Shown one piece after another: positions 1 to 13,073 of a stretch of DNA of 64,000 nt. Made by a program: the position numbers and the translations under genes. How positions within the stretch are numbered: position 1 is the first letter of the stretch; every line of letters starts with the position of its first letter. The stretch is from contig CAMYVW010000001.1 of assembly GCA_947302655.1 (NCBI GenBank), positions 340,263-404,262 of the forward strand, written 5' to 3'. The stretch comes from an uncultured Mycoplasmatota bacterium (lineage in GTDB: Bacteria > Bacillota_I > Bacilli_A > RF39 > UBA660). Under the pieces are notes generated by a model. It searched no databases. It was not told where the DNA came from and saw only the letters and a list, made by a program, of their open reading frames with translations.

Positions 1-2
1 AT

Positions 3-464
3 TATGAAATACCACTATCAGAAATAGTTTATGATTTCTTTGATAAATTAAAATCATCTACAAAAGGTTACGCATCTTTTGATTATGAAATATGTGGATA
101 TTTAGAATCTGATTTAGTTAAAATGGATATTTTACTAAATGGTGAAAAAGTTGATGCTTTAAGTGTAATTGTACACAAGGATTTTGCCTATCCAAGAGGA
201 AAAGCTATTGTTGAAAAACTAAGAGAACTTATTCCAAGACAAATGTTTCAAGTTCCAATACAAGCAAGTATTGGTAGTAAAATAATTGCAAGAGAAAACA
301 TCTCAGCTATGAAGAAAAATGTATTAGCTAAATGTTATGGTGGAGATGTATCAAGAAAAAGAAAACTTCTTGAAAAACAAAAAGAAGGTAAAAAAAGGAT
401 GAAAATGGTTGGTAGTGTTGAAGTTCCACAAGAAGCCTTTTTAGCCGTTTTAAGTGGTGAGTAG
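3..464 (+). CDS. lepA: Elongation factor 4 (LepA), C-terminal part; 5' end lies outside the window
   Basis: Frame is open from base 3 ([29 protein letters not shown]) into [29 protein letters not shown], the LepA C-terminal signature. Confidence 0.97.
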   Translation, partial: YEIPLSEIVYDFFDKLKSSTKGYASFDYEICGYLESDLVKMDILLNGEKVDALSVIVHKDFAYPRGKAIVEKLRELIPRQMFQVPIQASIGSKIIARENISAMKKNVLAKCYGGDVSRKRKLLEKQKEGKKRMKMVGSVEVPQEAFLAVLSGE

Positions 465-466
465 TT

Positions 467-1552
467 ATGGCAAGGTCAGTATATATACATATTCCTTTTT
501 GTAAATCAATTTGTTCCTATTGTGATTTTTGCAAAGTGTTTTATGTTAAAAGATGGGTATCTAAATATTTAGATGAACTTCAAAAGGAAATAATTGATAG
601 ATATGAAGGAGAATTAATTAAAACATTATATATTGGTGGAGGAAGTCCATCACAGCTTAAAGATTCAGAACTTGAAAAACTAGAAAAAATTATTTCTCAA
701 TTTAATTTTGCTGAAGACTATGAATTTACTTTTGAAGCGAACATAAATGATTTAAATGATATATATCTAACAAGGCTTAAAAACTTAGGAGTAAACCGTT
801 TAAGTATTGGTATTGAATCATTTGATAATGATAAATTAAAACTTATGGGTAGAGAAGCAAACTTTACTGATGCTAGTAAAATTATTAAAATTGCTAGAAG
901 CAAAGGTTTTAATAATATAAATATAGATTTTATTTATGGACTACCAAATGAAACAATAAGTGTTGTTAGAGATGATATAAAGAAAATATTAAAATTAAAA
1001 CCTGATCATATTAGTGCATATAGTTTAATCTTAGAACCTAATACAAGACTTTATATTCATTATAAAGAAGGTGTAAGCGAAGATGATGAATACGAAATGT
1101 ATTCATACATTAAAAGAACTTTAACAAAAGCAGGTTTTGAACATTACGAAATAAGTAATTATAAAACTCCAGGCAAAGAAGCTAAACATAATTTGGTTTA
1201 TTGGAATAATGATGAATATTATGGTTTTGGTTTAGGGGCTTGTGGTTATTTACATGAAGTTAGATATGAAAACACAAGGAGTTTAACTAAATATTTAAAT
1301 GGTGAATATATTTATAAAAGAGAACTTGTATCAATAGAAGATGAAAAGAAAAACAAACTTATGTTAGGTTTAAGACTTACTAAAGGAATCAATTTAAATG
1401 AATGGTTCTTAACATATGGAGAAAACTTAGAAGTAAATCCTAATATAAGTAAATTAATAAAGGATAAACTTTTAAAAGTGGAAAATAATTATTTATTTGT
1501 TAATCCTAAAAAATTATATATTATGAATGAAATATTAGTAAAAATAATATAA
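467..1552 (+). CDS. hemW: Radical SAM heme chaperone HemW (HemN-like)
   Basis: YIHIPFCKSICSYCDF CxxxCxxC motif, YIGGGSPS, HYEISNY, HNLVYW; follows lepA as in Bacillota. Confidence 0.92.
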   Translation: MARSVYIHIPFCKSICSYCDFCKVFYVKRWVSKYLDELQKEIIDRYEGELIKTLYIGGGSPSQLKDSELEKLEKIISQFNFAEDYEFTFEANINDLNDIYLTRLKNLGVNRLSIGIESFDNDKLKLMGREANFTDASKIIKIARSKGFNNINIDFIYGLPNETISVVRDDIKKILKLKPDHISAYSLILEPNTRLYIHYKEGVSEDDEYEMYSYIKRTLTKAGFEHYEISNYKTPGKEAKHNLVYWNNDEYYGFGLGACGYLHEVRYENTRSLTKYLNGEYIYKRELVSIEDEKKNKLMLGLRLTKGINLNEWFLTYGENLEVNPNISKLIKDKLLKVENNYLFVNPKKLYIMNEILVKII

Positions 1553-1554
1553 AG

Positions 1555-1582
1555 AAGGACTAAATTAATTTAGTCCTTTTTT
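1555..1582 (+). terminator. Intrinsic terminator after hemW
   Basis: Perfect palindrome AAGGACTAAATTAATTTAGTCCTT followed by a T-tract. Confidence 0.85.
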
Positions 1583-1649
1583 ATATAAATTAATTGATAA
1601 AAAAATAACATCTATGATATAATGCTAATGACAATAGGAGTTGAGTCTT

Positions 1650-3869
1650 ATGAATAGCAAAAAGCAAAATAATGTTGAGTCATTAGATGATACTATGGTA
1701 TTTGATGTTGAAAATAAAGATACCAAAGAAATTAACGTAATAAAGGAAAAAAGTTTAGTTGTTGATTTTACATCACCAGTAGATGTTTTATCTGATGAAG
1801 ATGATAAAAAAACTAAAAAATCAAAAAATAATAAAAAGAATAAGAAATTAAAATTTAAACCTCTAGCTAAATTGAAAGATTGGTGGAGTGGTTTATCAAA
1901 ATTAAAGAAAATTATTGTATGCACTATTACTGTCTTAGTTTTAGTTTTAATAGTTCTTTTAATAATTATATTTACTAAAAAAGACAATAACAACAACGAA
2001 AAATTACCTGATGTTGTTATTGAAAAAGAAAACTATACTTATAAAAATGGTACTTTAATTCTTATTGGTGAAGATAAAAAAGAAATTGGTAAATATAGCT
2101 GTACTAATAAAGATGAAAAGAAATGTTTTGTTGCATTTAAAAGTAATGAAGATGACTTTATTGGAGATATATATTTAAACGAAGATGGAAGTAAACTTGA
2201 AACTCGTTTACCTATTATTAATAATGATTATGTGTTTATAGTTGATAATAAAAAAGCTTCTAATGATGAAATCATTTTATATAACATAAAAACTAAAAAG
2301 AATTTAGGTGAATATAAACTTGCTAAAACTTCATCAATTAATAAAAATATAGTTGTTCTAAAAGATGAAGATAATAAATATGGTGTACTAGATTTATCTG
2401 AAAAAGAACCTAAAACATTAATTAATTTTGTATATGATTATGTTGGCCTTGCATCTACTGATATGGCTAGTAAATATGTTGTAGTTAGTAGAAATAATAA
2501 AAATTACATTGCTGATTTTACTGAAAATATATTAAGCAGTGGATTTAATGAAAAAATTGTTGATTATAATGATAATTTTGTAGTTACAAGATCATCAGAA
2601 AGTGTTTATAAAATTTATAACTATGAAGGAAGAGAATTAACTCCAAATAATTATTTATTTGTTAAAATATCTGGAAATTATTTTGCTGCTTTACAAGATA
2701 ATGGTATTGTTGTATATGATAAAGAGGGAAATAAATATAATGAAGTTCCTATAGGACTTACATCAACAAATTATAATCGTACTTATGTTTTTGATGCTAA
2801 CAAACAAATTATATCTAATGAAGTTGCTTTTGAAATGGAAGTAAATGAAGAATATATTTCTATTACGAGAGGAAAAGCAAATGATTTATTATCAATAAAA
2901 GATGGTATTGCAAATAAAGAAAGACCATTTGTTAATTACTTTAATGGTATATTATATTTTTATAGTGATACTAGAAAAGAATCTTTAATTGGTAAATATG
3001 TATGTAAAAATAAAAATACTGTAGAAATGCTTGATCACTGTACTATTGCATCTTCTTCAAATATTTCAAAAAATGATATTTCATATGATATTCAAACAGG
3101 AATTGTTGCTATTTTAAATAATAGATTTGTCTTTATAAATGATACTGTAACAACGCCAAATATTTATTTATATGACTTAAGTGTTAATAAAAAACTAGGT
3201 CCTTATCAAATGATTGAAACTGCTGGTTTAGTTAGTTCTAATTTTGATTCTAAAAATGGTGAAGGCTCATATGTTATTGCAAAAAACACTAAAGATATGT
3301 ATGGACTTTTAAGAATAAATGCTGATAGTGTTGATATTGTATTAAACTTTGAATATTCAGAAATTGAAAAAGCTGGAGATAACTTTATTGCTAGAAAATC
3401 AAATGGTAAATACTTTGTATTTAATAGATCAGCTGCAGAAATCGTAAAAGATGTTCCTGATAAAATTATGTCATTTAATGATAAATATGTTGCAGCTAAG
3501 AGTGCTCTTGGTTATAAAGTATATAATACTCAAGGAAAAGAAATTGATCCTAAAACTTATACTTATGTAAAATTGGATAAAAAATATTATGTTGCTATCG
3601 TTGATAATCGTCTTCTTGAAGTTCATGAATACGAAAAAGCTGAACCTATTAATTTTGGTAAACAAATTAATATTAAATCAAGTGATTCATGGAAGAGTGC
3701 TAACTATTATAAAATAGAAAATCTAGGTAATTTATATAAAGTAACTATTACTGATGGTGTTAATGATGCTGAATATACATCTGTAAATGAAACTATTAAT
3801 AATAGCTTAAATCAAAATAGTGTAGCTGTTGATCAAAGTGAGAATAAAACTGGGGAAGAAGGAATCTAA
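1650..3869 (+). CDS. Membrane-anchored extracellular protein with beta-rich WG-like repeats
   Basis: SD AGGAG 1636-1640 favours ATG 1650. Charged N-terminal tail, one TM (IIVCTITVLVLVLIVLLIIIF), then recurring KYGVLD..LINFVYD / MYGLLR..LNFEYS units. Confidence 0.7.
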   Translation: MNSKKQNNVESLDDTMVFDVENKDTKEINVIKEKSLVVDFTSPVDVLSDEDDKKTKKSKNNKKNKKLKFKPLAKLKDWWSGLSKLKKIIVCTITVLVLVLIVLLIIIFTKKDNNNNEKLPDVVIEKENYTYKNGTLILIGEDKKEIGKYSCTNKDEKKCFVAFKSNEDDFIGDIYLNEDGSKLETRLPIINNDYVFIVDNKKASNDEIILYNIKTKKNLGEYKLAKTSSINKNIVVLKDEDNKYGVLDLSEKEPKTLINFVYDYVGLASTDMASKYVVVSRNNKNYIADFTENILSSGFNEKIVDYNDNFVVTRSSESVYKIYNYEGRELTPNNYLFVKISGNYFAALQDNGIVVYDKEGNKYNEVPIGLTSTNYNRTYVFDANKQIISNEVAFEMEVNEEYISITRGKANDLLSIKDGIANKERPFVNYFNGILYFYSDTRKESLIGKYVCKNKNTVEMLDHCTIASSSNISKNDISYDIQTGIVAILNNRFVFINDTVTTPNIYLYDLSVNKKLGPYQMIETAGLVSSNFDSKNGEGSYVIAKNTKDMYGLLRINADSVDIVLNFEYSEIEKAGDNFIARKSNGKYFVFNRSAAEIVKDVPDKIMSFNDKYVAAKSALGYKVYNTQGKEIDPKTYTYVKLDKKYYVAIVDNRLLEVHEYEKAEPINFGKQINIKSSDSWKSANYYKIENLGNLYKVTITDGVNDAEYTSVNETINNSLNQNSVAVDQSENKTGEEGI

Positions 3870-4765
3870 TGAGAAAAGCACAATATTATACCGTAATAGG
3901 TTTAACATTTGTTGTTGTTTTAATGGCTATATTTGGAACTATGAACCGCTATAATACATTTTATGATGTAAGTTCTTATAAAAATAAAAGAGCTAATAGT
4001 GGTAATAATAATCCAACACCAAAGCCAACTCCAACGCCTACACCAACACCGACTCCAACACCTAGTCCAAATACTACTGATAAAGATGTAAATGGATATA
4101 AATGTGAAACTGATAGTTGTGATCTTGTAGAAAATACAGATGTTATTAATAACAAATATGAGTTTGTTAAAGATGGAGATAACAATGTCGTTTTATATAA
4201 TATTGAAGGAAATGAAAATGTTGAAAAGTATCAATCAGTAGAAGCTGCCGGAAATTCCTTTATTGTTAAATCAACTGAAGGATCTTATGGCATAATTAAA
4301 ATATTTGACACAGTTACATCCATTGTTAATGCAGAGTATAAAATGATTAAATATAACTCAAATGATCAAACATTTGTGTTATCAACTGATAAAACATCAT
4401 TTATTGCTGATAGTGAAGGTAAAAAGATATCAAGTGATTATACCGCTGACATTATTCAATATAATGAAAAATATATTGTTACAAAATCAAGTAATAATGA
4501 ATACCATGTCTTTAATTTTAATAATAGAGAGTATTTAACTGAATATTATAATGGTAAAAGATTATTTATTGAACTTGTTGGTGATTATGTAGGTGTTATA
4601 ACAAATACACATAAGTATCAGTTGTATGATTTCTCTTCATCAACAACTAAGCTTTTAGGTGAAGTAGAGCTTCCTAATGATAGCACTACAGCAAGAGCAA
4701 GAATTGTAGATAATAAAGTTGAAATATACGATGGAGAAACAGTTCTTAAAACTATTGATTTATAA
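3869..4765 (+). CDS. Secreted or membrane-anchored protein with Pro-Thr linker and WG-like repeat
   Basis: N-terminal hydrophobic segment, PTPKPTPTPTPTPTPTPSP linker, SYGIIK..IVNAEY unit; start overlaps the previous stop (TAATG). Confidence 0.7.
   Translation: MRKAQYYTVIGLTFVVVLMAIFGTMNRYNTFYDVSSYKNKRANSGNNNPTPKPTPTPTPTPTPTPSPNTTDKDVNGYKCETDSCDLVENTDVINNKYEFVKDGDNNVVLYNIEGNENVEKYQSVEAAGNSFIVKSTEGSYGIIKIFDTVTSIVNAEYKMIKYNSNDQTFVLSTDKTSFIADSEGKKISSDYTADIIQYNEKYIVTKSSNNEYHVFNFNNREYLTEYYNGKRLFIELVGDYVGVITNTHKYQLYDFSSSTTKLLGEVELPNDSTTARARIVDNKVEIYDGETVLKTIDL
4013..4069 (+). repeat. Degenerate 6-bp coding tandem repeat (Pro-Thr)n
   Basis: CCAACACCAAAGCCAACTCCAACGCCTACACCAACACCGACTCCAACACCTAGTCCA, synonymously diverged units. 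Confidence 0.85.
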
Positions 4766-4783
4766 ATAAATATTTAATATAAT
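4755..4783 (+). promoter_or_regulatory. Sigma-A promoter for the Val T-box leader
   Basis: TTGATT-17-TATAAT directly upstream of the T-box. Confidence 0.65.
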
Positions 4784-4789
4784 AACACG

Positions 4790-5022
4790 TGAAAAACGAG
4801 GAACAAGAGGAGTAAAGTAATAAATAAATTAGATAGAGAGTTAACGATTGGTGAAAGTTAATATTTATTATTACATGAAGGTAGCTTGGGAGTTATATAT
4901 CTGAAATATTAGTAAGATATATTGTTTAGTCGCATTAAGACTATTAAGGTAGTTTATATTAATAAACTATAAATTAAGGTGGTACCACGAAAAGATTCGT
5001 CCTTTAGGATGAATCTTTTTTT
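4790..5022 (+). ncRNA. T-box riboswitch, valine specifier (GUA)
   Basis: AGAGAG and GGTGAAA stem-I motifs, GAAG-GTA-GC specifier at 4881-4883, T-box AAGGTGGTACCACG at about 4976-4989, CGTCCT antiterminator strand, terminator AAAAGATTCGTCC-TTT-AGGATGAATCTTTT plus T-tract; valS lies downstream. Confidence 0.9.
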
Positions 5023-5043
5023 ATTTGAAGGGTTGATATAATT

Positions 5044-5484
5044 ATGAAAATAAATATAAAAAAACTTTATAATGATGTTATTATTCCAACTAGAGGTTCT
5101 AAAGAAGCTGCTGGATATGATTTATATGCATATTTAGAAGAAGAAAGTGTTTCTTTAAATCCTGGTGAGACATACATGATTAAAACTGGTTTATGCTTTG
5201 AAATACCTGATGGATATTTTGGAGGAGTATTTGCAAGAAGTGGACTTGCTAGTAAAAAGAATTTAAGACCAGCTAATTGTGTAGGCGTTATTGATAGTGA
5301 TTATAGAGGAGAAATTATGGTTCCTATATATAATGATTCAGATAAAGTTCAAGTTATTGAAAAAAATGATCGAGTCGCTCAAATTATTATAATGCCATAC
5401 TTAAATGTTGAATTTAATGAAGTGGATGAATTGGGTATAACTAGTAGAGATAAAGGTGGATTTGGTTCCACTGGTTCAAATTAA
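5044..5484 (+). CDS. dut: dUTP diphosphatase (trimeric dUTPase)
   Basis: AAGYDL, ARSGLA, GVIDSDYRGEI, RVAQ, GGFGSTG motifs I-V. Confidence 0.97.
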   Translation: MKINIKKLYNDVIIPTRGSKEAAGYDLYAYLEEESVSLNPGETYMIKTGLCFEIPDGYFGGVFARSGLASKKNLRPANCVGVIDSDYRGEIMVPIYNDSDKVQVIEKNDRVAQIIIMPYLNVEFNEVDELGITSRDKGGFGSTGSN

Positions 5485-5501
5485 GAAAGAAGGAAATTAG
5501 A

Positions 5502-8030
<2,529 letters not shown>

Positions 8031-8033
8031 TTT

Positions 8034-8058
8034 AAAAAGAGCCTATACGGTTCTTTTT
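8034..8058 (+). terminator. Intrinsic terminator after valS
   Basis: AAAAAGAGCC-TATAC-GGTTCTTTTT. Confidence 0.8.
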
Positions 8059-8060
8059 GC

Positions 8061-8089
8061 TTGACATTTGTTCGATTATTTGCTATTAT
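8061..8089 (+). promoter_or_regulatory. Sigma-A promoter carrying shared element ACATTTGTTCGAT (copy 1)
   Basis: TTGACA-TTTGTTCGATTATTTGC-TATTAT, 17-bp spacer, extended TG. Confidence 0.75.
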
Positions 8090-8117
8090 TAGCTTATTCA
8101 AAAGGGGGGACTATAAT

Positions 8118-8758
8118 ATGTATCGTAAAGGTATACATGAATATTTATATGAAAATATAGAAATGATAAAAAGACTTGAGAAATACTCAACTGTACCAAG
8201 AATTTGTTTAACTGCAAAGGATCAACAAACAATTATTAAAGATATTGATAATACAAAACCGCTAAATGAAATTAATATATCAGAACTTGTAATATATACA
8301 AATATAGGAGTTTTAAAAGAAATTTATCAAAATAATATTTTTACTTAGAACAACTTTTAAGTATAAATGAAATTGATTTTAATAATATATTTGGTAAATC
8401 TAAATATAAGAATCAAATTAAAGATTTAATTGAATTGATGAATTGTAAATTTAATTTCATATATAATAGTGGCAAACTAAAGCATAGTATTAGCTTTTAT
8501 AGATCTCATGGACATCCAGAAGTATTCTTTTTAAATATGTGTTTTAGTAGAGAGTTAGCTAGTGCATTAGTTGAGTATATCAGTAAATATAAACCATACT
8601 ATTTTGAGTTTGAATATGAGTATGCTACTGATATATTAAGGCTAGCACAAGATGTAGAGGAAAATAGATCTGACTTAATATTACCACCTCAACTTAAAAA
8701 TGAGTTTATTGTTAAATCAAGAATATTTACAAATTACTATAGATCAAGATCAAGATAA
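8118..8758 (+). pseudogene. Hypothetical gene split by a 1-nt frameshift in T5 (8338-8342); about 213 aa if fused
   Basis: SD GGGGGA before ATG 8118. ORF1 stops at 8348 while the -1 frame is open from 8336 to 8758; no SD precedes 8435/8438. Confidence 0.65.
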
Positions 8759-8773
8759 TAAAATATTACACTG

Positions 8774-8804
8774 AAAAAAGTTGCTAAAAAATAGCAACTT
8801 TTTT
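8774..8804 (+). terminator. Intrinsic terminator
   Basis: AAAAAAGTTGCTA-AAAAA-TAGCAACTTTTTT. Confidence 0.85.
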
Positions 8805-8869
8805 CTTGCACTAGTATAAAATATATAGTAAAATTAATATACTTTTGCGTTTTGGAGATGAACATAAAT

Positions 8870-9439
8870 ATGGAACTTAAAAATAAAACTTTATATCACT
8901 TTAGAGATGGAAGAAGAAAGAATCTAAATTGGATGGTAGGAAATGAGTTTATTGTAGATTCAAAATATAAGAATTATATATGTAGTGATGTTAAAAGAAT
9001 TGATACTGACTTATCTGACGTTGAAAAAAAGATTGCATACTATAAAATGTTAAGAGATAACGAAACACCGTTTAAAATAGCTGAAAGAATGTTAGAACTT
9101 TATCGAGAAGAACAATGCCCAGATACAATTGGTAGAATTAATTGCATGTTTTTTTGCGATGAAGCATCCCTTGGATATTGGTGTCATCGCTTTGGACCAT
9201 ACTCTGAGTTATATGAAGTTGAACTAACTGGAACAGCATTTAAAACATCTACATTATTATTTCCATTTGCGGGATCAAATTGTACATATGAAGATTTCTT
9301 AAAACTATGTGAAAACTACTGGAATCCTGATTTAACAGATGAAGATTTAAATGATTATGCTGAATATTTATTTCAAGGAAAAGTATTTGTAAGAGAAAAA
9401 CTAGATATAGAAAAGATAAGAAATAAGTATAATTCTTAA
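8870..9439 (+). CDS. DUF2441-like protein, probable ADP-ribosyltransferase-fold domain
   Basis: Own promoter TTGCAC-17-TAAAAT (8806-8834), SD GGAGATGA. Motif series LYH ... E-LYREEQCPDTIGRINCMFF ... YW ... LYEVEL ... YW ... EYLFQGKVFV recalled as DUF2441-like; not searched. Confidence 0.55.
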   Translation: MELKNKTLYHFRDGRRKNLNWMVGNEFIVDSKYKNYICSDVKRIDTDLSDVEKKIAYYKMLRDNETPFKIAERMLELYREEQCPDTIGRINCMFFCDEASLGYWCHRFGPYSELYEVELTGTAFKTSTLLFPFAGSNCTYEDFLKLCENYWNPDLTDEDLNDYAEYLFQGKVFVREKLDIEKIRNKYNS

Positions 9440-9507
9440 AAGAAAAGTATAAAATAATAATATAAATAAACTTATAATTTTAGGTTTATTTTTATTTTGT
9501 AAATTAT

Positions 9508-9535
9508 TTAGCACTCACATATTGACAAGTGCTAA
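9508..9535 (+). promoter_or_regulatory. CIRCE element 1 (HrcA operator) overlapping the -35 box
   Basis: TTAGCACTC-acatattgac-AAGTGCTAA (10-nt spacer); TTGACA at 9522-9527, TGaTAAAAT at 9541-9549. Confidence 0.8.
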
Positions 9536-9553
9536 AATTGTGATAAAATATTC

Positions 9554-9580
9554 TTAGCACTTAGAAATAAACAGTGCCAA
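9554..9580 (+). promoter_or_regulatory. CIRCE element 2
   Basis: TTAGCACTT-agaaataaa-CAGTGCCAA, canonical 9-nt spacer, just before hrcA. Confidence 0.85.
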
Positions 9581-9595
9581 ATGAGGTGATGTTTT

Positions 9596-10615
9596 TTGGA
9601 AGAACGTCAAAAACTTTTACTAAAAGAAATAGTTGAGTATTATATTAAAACAGCAAGACCTGTTGGTAGTAAAGCTCTATGTGAAAAACTAAATTGTTCA
9701 TCTGCAACAATTAGAAATGAAATGGCTCATTTAGAAGATTTAGGTTATATTGAAAAAAATCATATTTCATCAGGTAGAATACCAAGTGAAAAGGGTTATA
9801 AGTATTATGTTGAAAACTTAATGAAACCTAAGGAGTTAAGTGGAGAAGATATACTTAATTTACAAACCATATTTTCAAATAGAGATCTTGAGTTATCAGA
9901 TGCAATTAATAAATGTATGGATATGATTAGTGATATTACTAATTATACAAGTATTGTTCTTGGTAAAAATTCTAAAGAAAATTTACTTCAACAAGTAAGT
10001 ATTATTCCACTTGGAAATAATAAAGTAGTTGCTTTAGTATGTACTGATAAAGGTATTGTTGAAAGTAAACAATTTTCTGTTGATATAACTATTGATATTG
10101 CTGAAATAGTTAAAGTAAGCGAAATAATTAATAAAATGTTATTTGGAACTCCAATTGACGAAGTTAATGAAAGATTAGAGTTTGAAATAAAACCTATTAT
10201 TTCAAAACAAATCGATCAATATGAAAAAGTGTATAACATCTTTTATAATGCATTTGATGATTTTGTTAAAAATACATCAAATGTACATATTTCTGGTAAA
10301 TCGAAAATATTTAATCAGCCTGAATATCAGGATGCTAAAGATATAAAGAAATTAGTTAATAAATTTGATGATGAAAATCTAATTAAAAAAATAGATGAAT
10401 CTTCTGATTCAAATGAAATAAAGATATATATTGGTGATGAAAATGAATTTGATGATGACGTTACGATTATTAAATCTAAATATCACGTTAAAGGTGAGGA
10501 AGGAACAATTGCTATCGTAGGTCCTAAACGAATGGAATATGATAGAGTTGTTGGTCTTCTTGATTACATCAATAAATATATAGAGGACTTAGAAAGTGGT
10601 GAAGACAAAAAGTGA
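9596..10615 (+). CDS. hrcA: Heat-inducible transcription repressor HrcA
   Basis: ARPVGSK, SSATIRNEMAHLEDLGYI, HISSGRIPSEKGY, IVGPKRMEY; CIRCE upstream. Confidence 0.97.
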   Translation: MEERQKLLLKEIVEYYIKTARPVGSKALCEKLNCSSATIRNEMAHLEDLGYIEKNHISSGRIPSEKGYKYYVENLMKPKELSGEDILNLQTIFSNRDLELSDAINKCMDMISDITNYTSIVLGKNSKENLLQQVSIIPLGNNKVVALVCTDKGIVESKQFSVDITIDIAEIVKVSEIINKMLFGTPIDEVNERLEFEIKPIISKQIDQYEKVYNIFYNAFDDFVKNTSNVHISGKSKIFNQPEYQDAKDIKKLVNKFDDENLIKKIDESSDSNEIKIYIGDENEFDDDVTIIKSKYHVKGEEGTIAIVGPKRMEYDRVVGLLDYINKYIEDLESGEDKK

Positions 10616-11148
10616 CAGACGAAGTAAAAGAAAAAATTGAGGTTAATGAAGAAGTTAAAGATGAAAAAAAACATAAAAAGAAAGATAAAAAAAATGAAGA
10701 ACTTGAACTTCTAATTAATCAAAATGCGCTGCTTAACGAAAAACTTCTAAGAATAACAGCTGATTTTCAAAATATGAAAAGAAGAAGCGAAGAAGAAATA
10801 TCTAAACTGTACAAATATGATGGTGAAGAAGTTATTAAAGAACTCCTTAATATAGTAGATAATTTTGAAAGAGCTATTAAATTAGATGATACTAATTTAA
10901 CTGATGAGCTTTCAAAATTCTTAGAAGGGTTTAAAATGATTTATACTAATTTAGTAAACATTTTAAATAGTAGAAATGTTCATGAAATTATTTGTTTGAA
11001 TGAAGAATTTGATCCAAATAAGATGAACGCAGTATTAACTGAGAAAGTAGAAGGTGTAGAACCTGGTAAAGTAGTTGAAGTACTACAAAAAGGATACATC
11101 TATAATGATAAAGTTATAAGACCTGCCATGGTCAAAGTAAGTGAATAA
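10612..11148 (+). CDS. grpE: Nucleotide exchange factor GrpE
   Basis: LRITADFQNMKRR, VDNFERA, EEFDPN, VLQKGY..IRPAMVKV. Confidence 0.97.
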   Translation: MTDEVKEKIEVNEEVKDEKKHKKKDKKNEELELLINQNALLNEKLLRITADFQNMKRRSEEEISKLYKYDGEEVIKELLNIVDNFERAIKLDDTNLTDELSKFLEGFKMIYTNLVNILNSRNVHEIICLNEEFDPNKMNAVLTEKVEGVEPGKVVEVLQKGYIYNDKVIRPAMVKVSE

Positions 11149-11165
11149 TTGAAAGGAATGATTAA

Positions 11166-12992
<1,827 letters not shown>

Positions 12993-13010
12993 TATGATAT
13001 AATAAATTAT

Positions 13011-13032
13011 AGGTTCTAGTTAACTAGAACCT
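13011..13032. terminator. Stem-loop after dnaK, overlapping a possible pepF promoter
   Basis: Palindrome AGGTTCTAGTTAACTAGAACCT with a poor T-tract; TTAACT-17-TATAAT at 13020-13048. Confidence 0.55.
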
Positions 13033-13073
13033 TGATTTTAGTTATAATTAATCTGTTAAAGGAGAATATATAA

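Noticed and set aside
4013-4069. Tandem repeat as a possible CRISPR or VNTR switch
   Set aside because: 6-bp in-frame Pro-Thr codons with synonymous divergence and no spacers; an ordinary linker.
8336-8348. Programmed -1 ribosomal frameshift
   Set aside because: No in-frame X-XXY-YYZ heptamer and no evident downstream stimulatory structure; treated as an indel.
10613-10615. Mollicute-type genetic code 4 (TGA = Trp)
   Set aside because: hrcA ends at TGA overlapping the grpE GTG, and conserved Trp residues use TGG.
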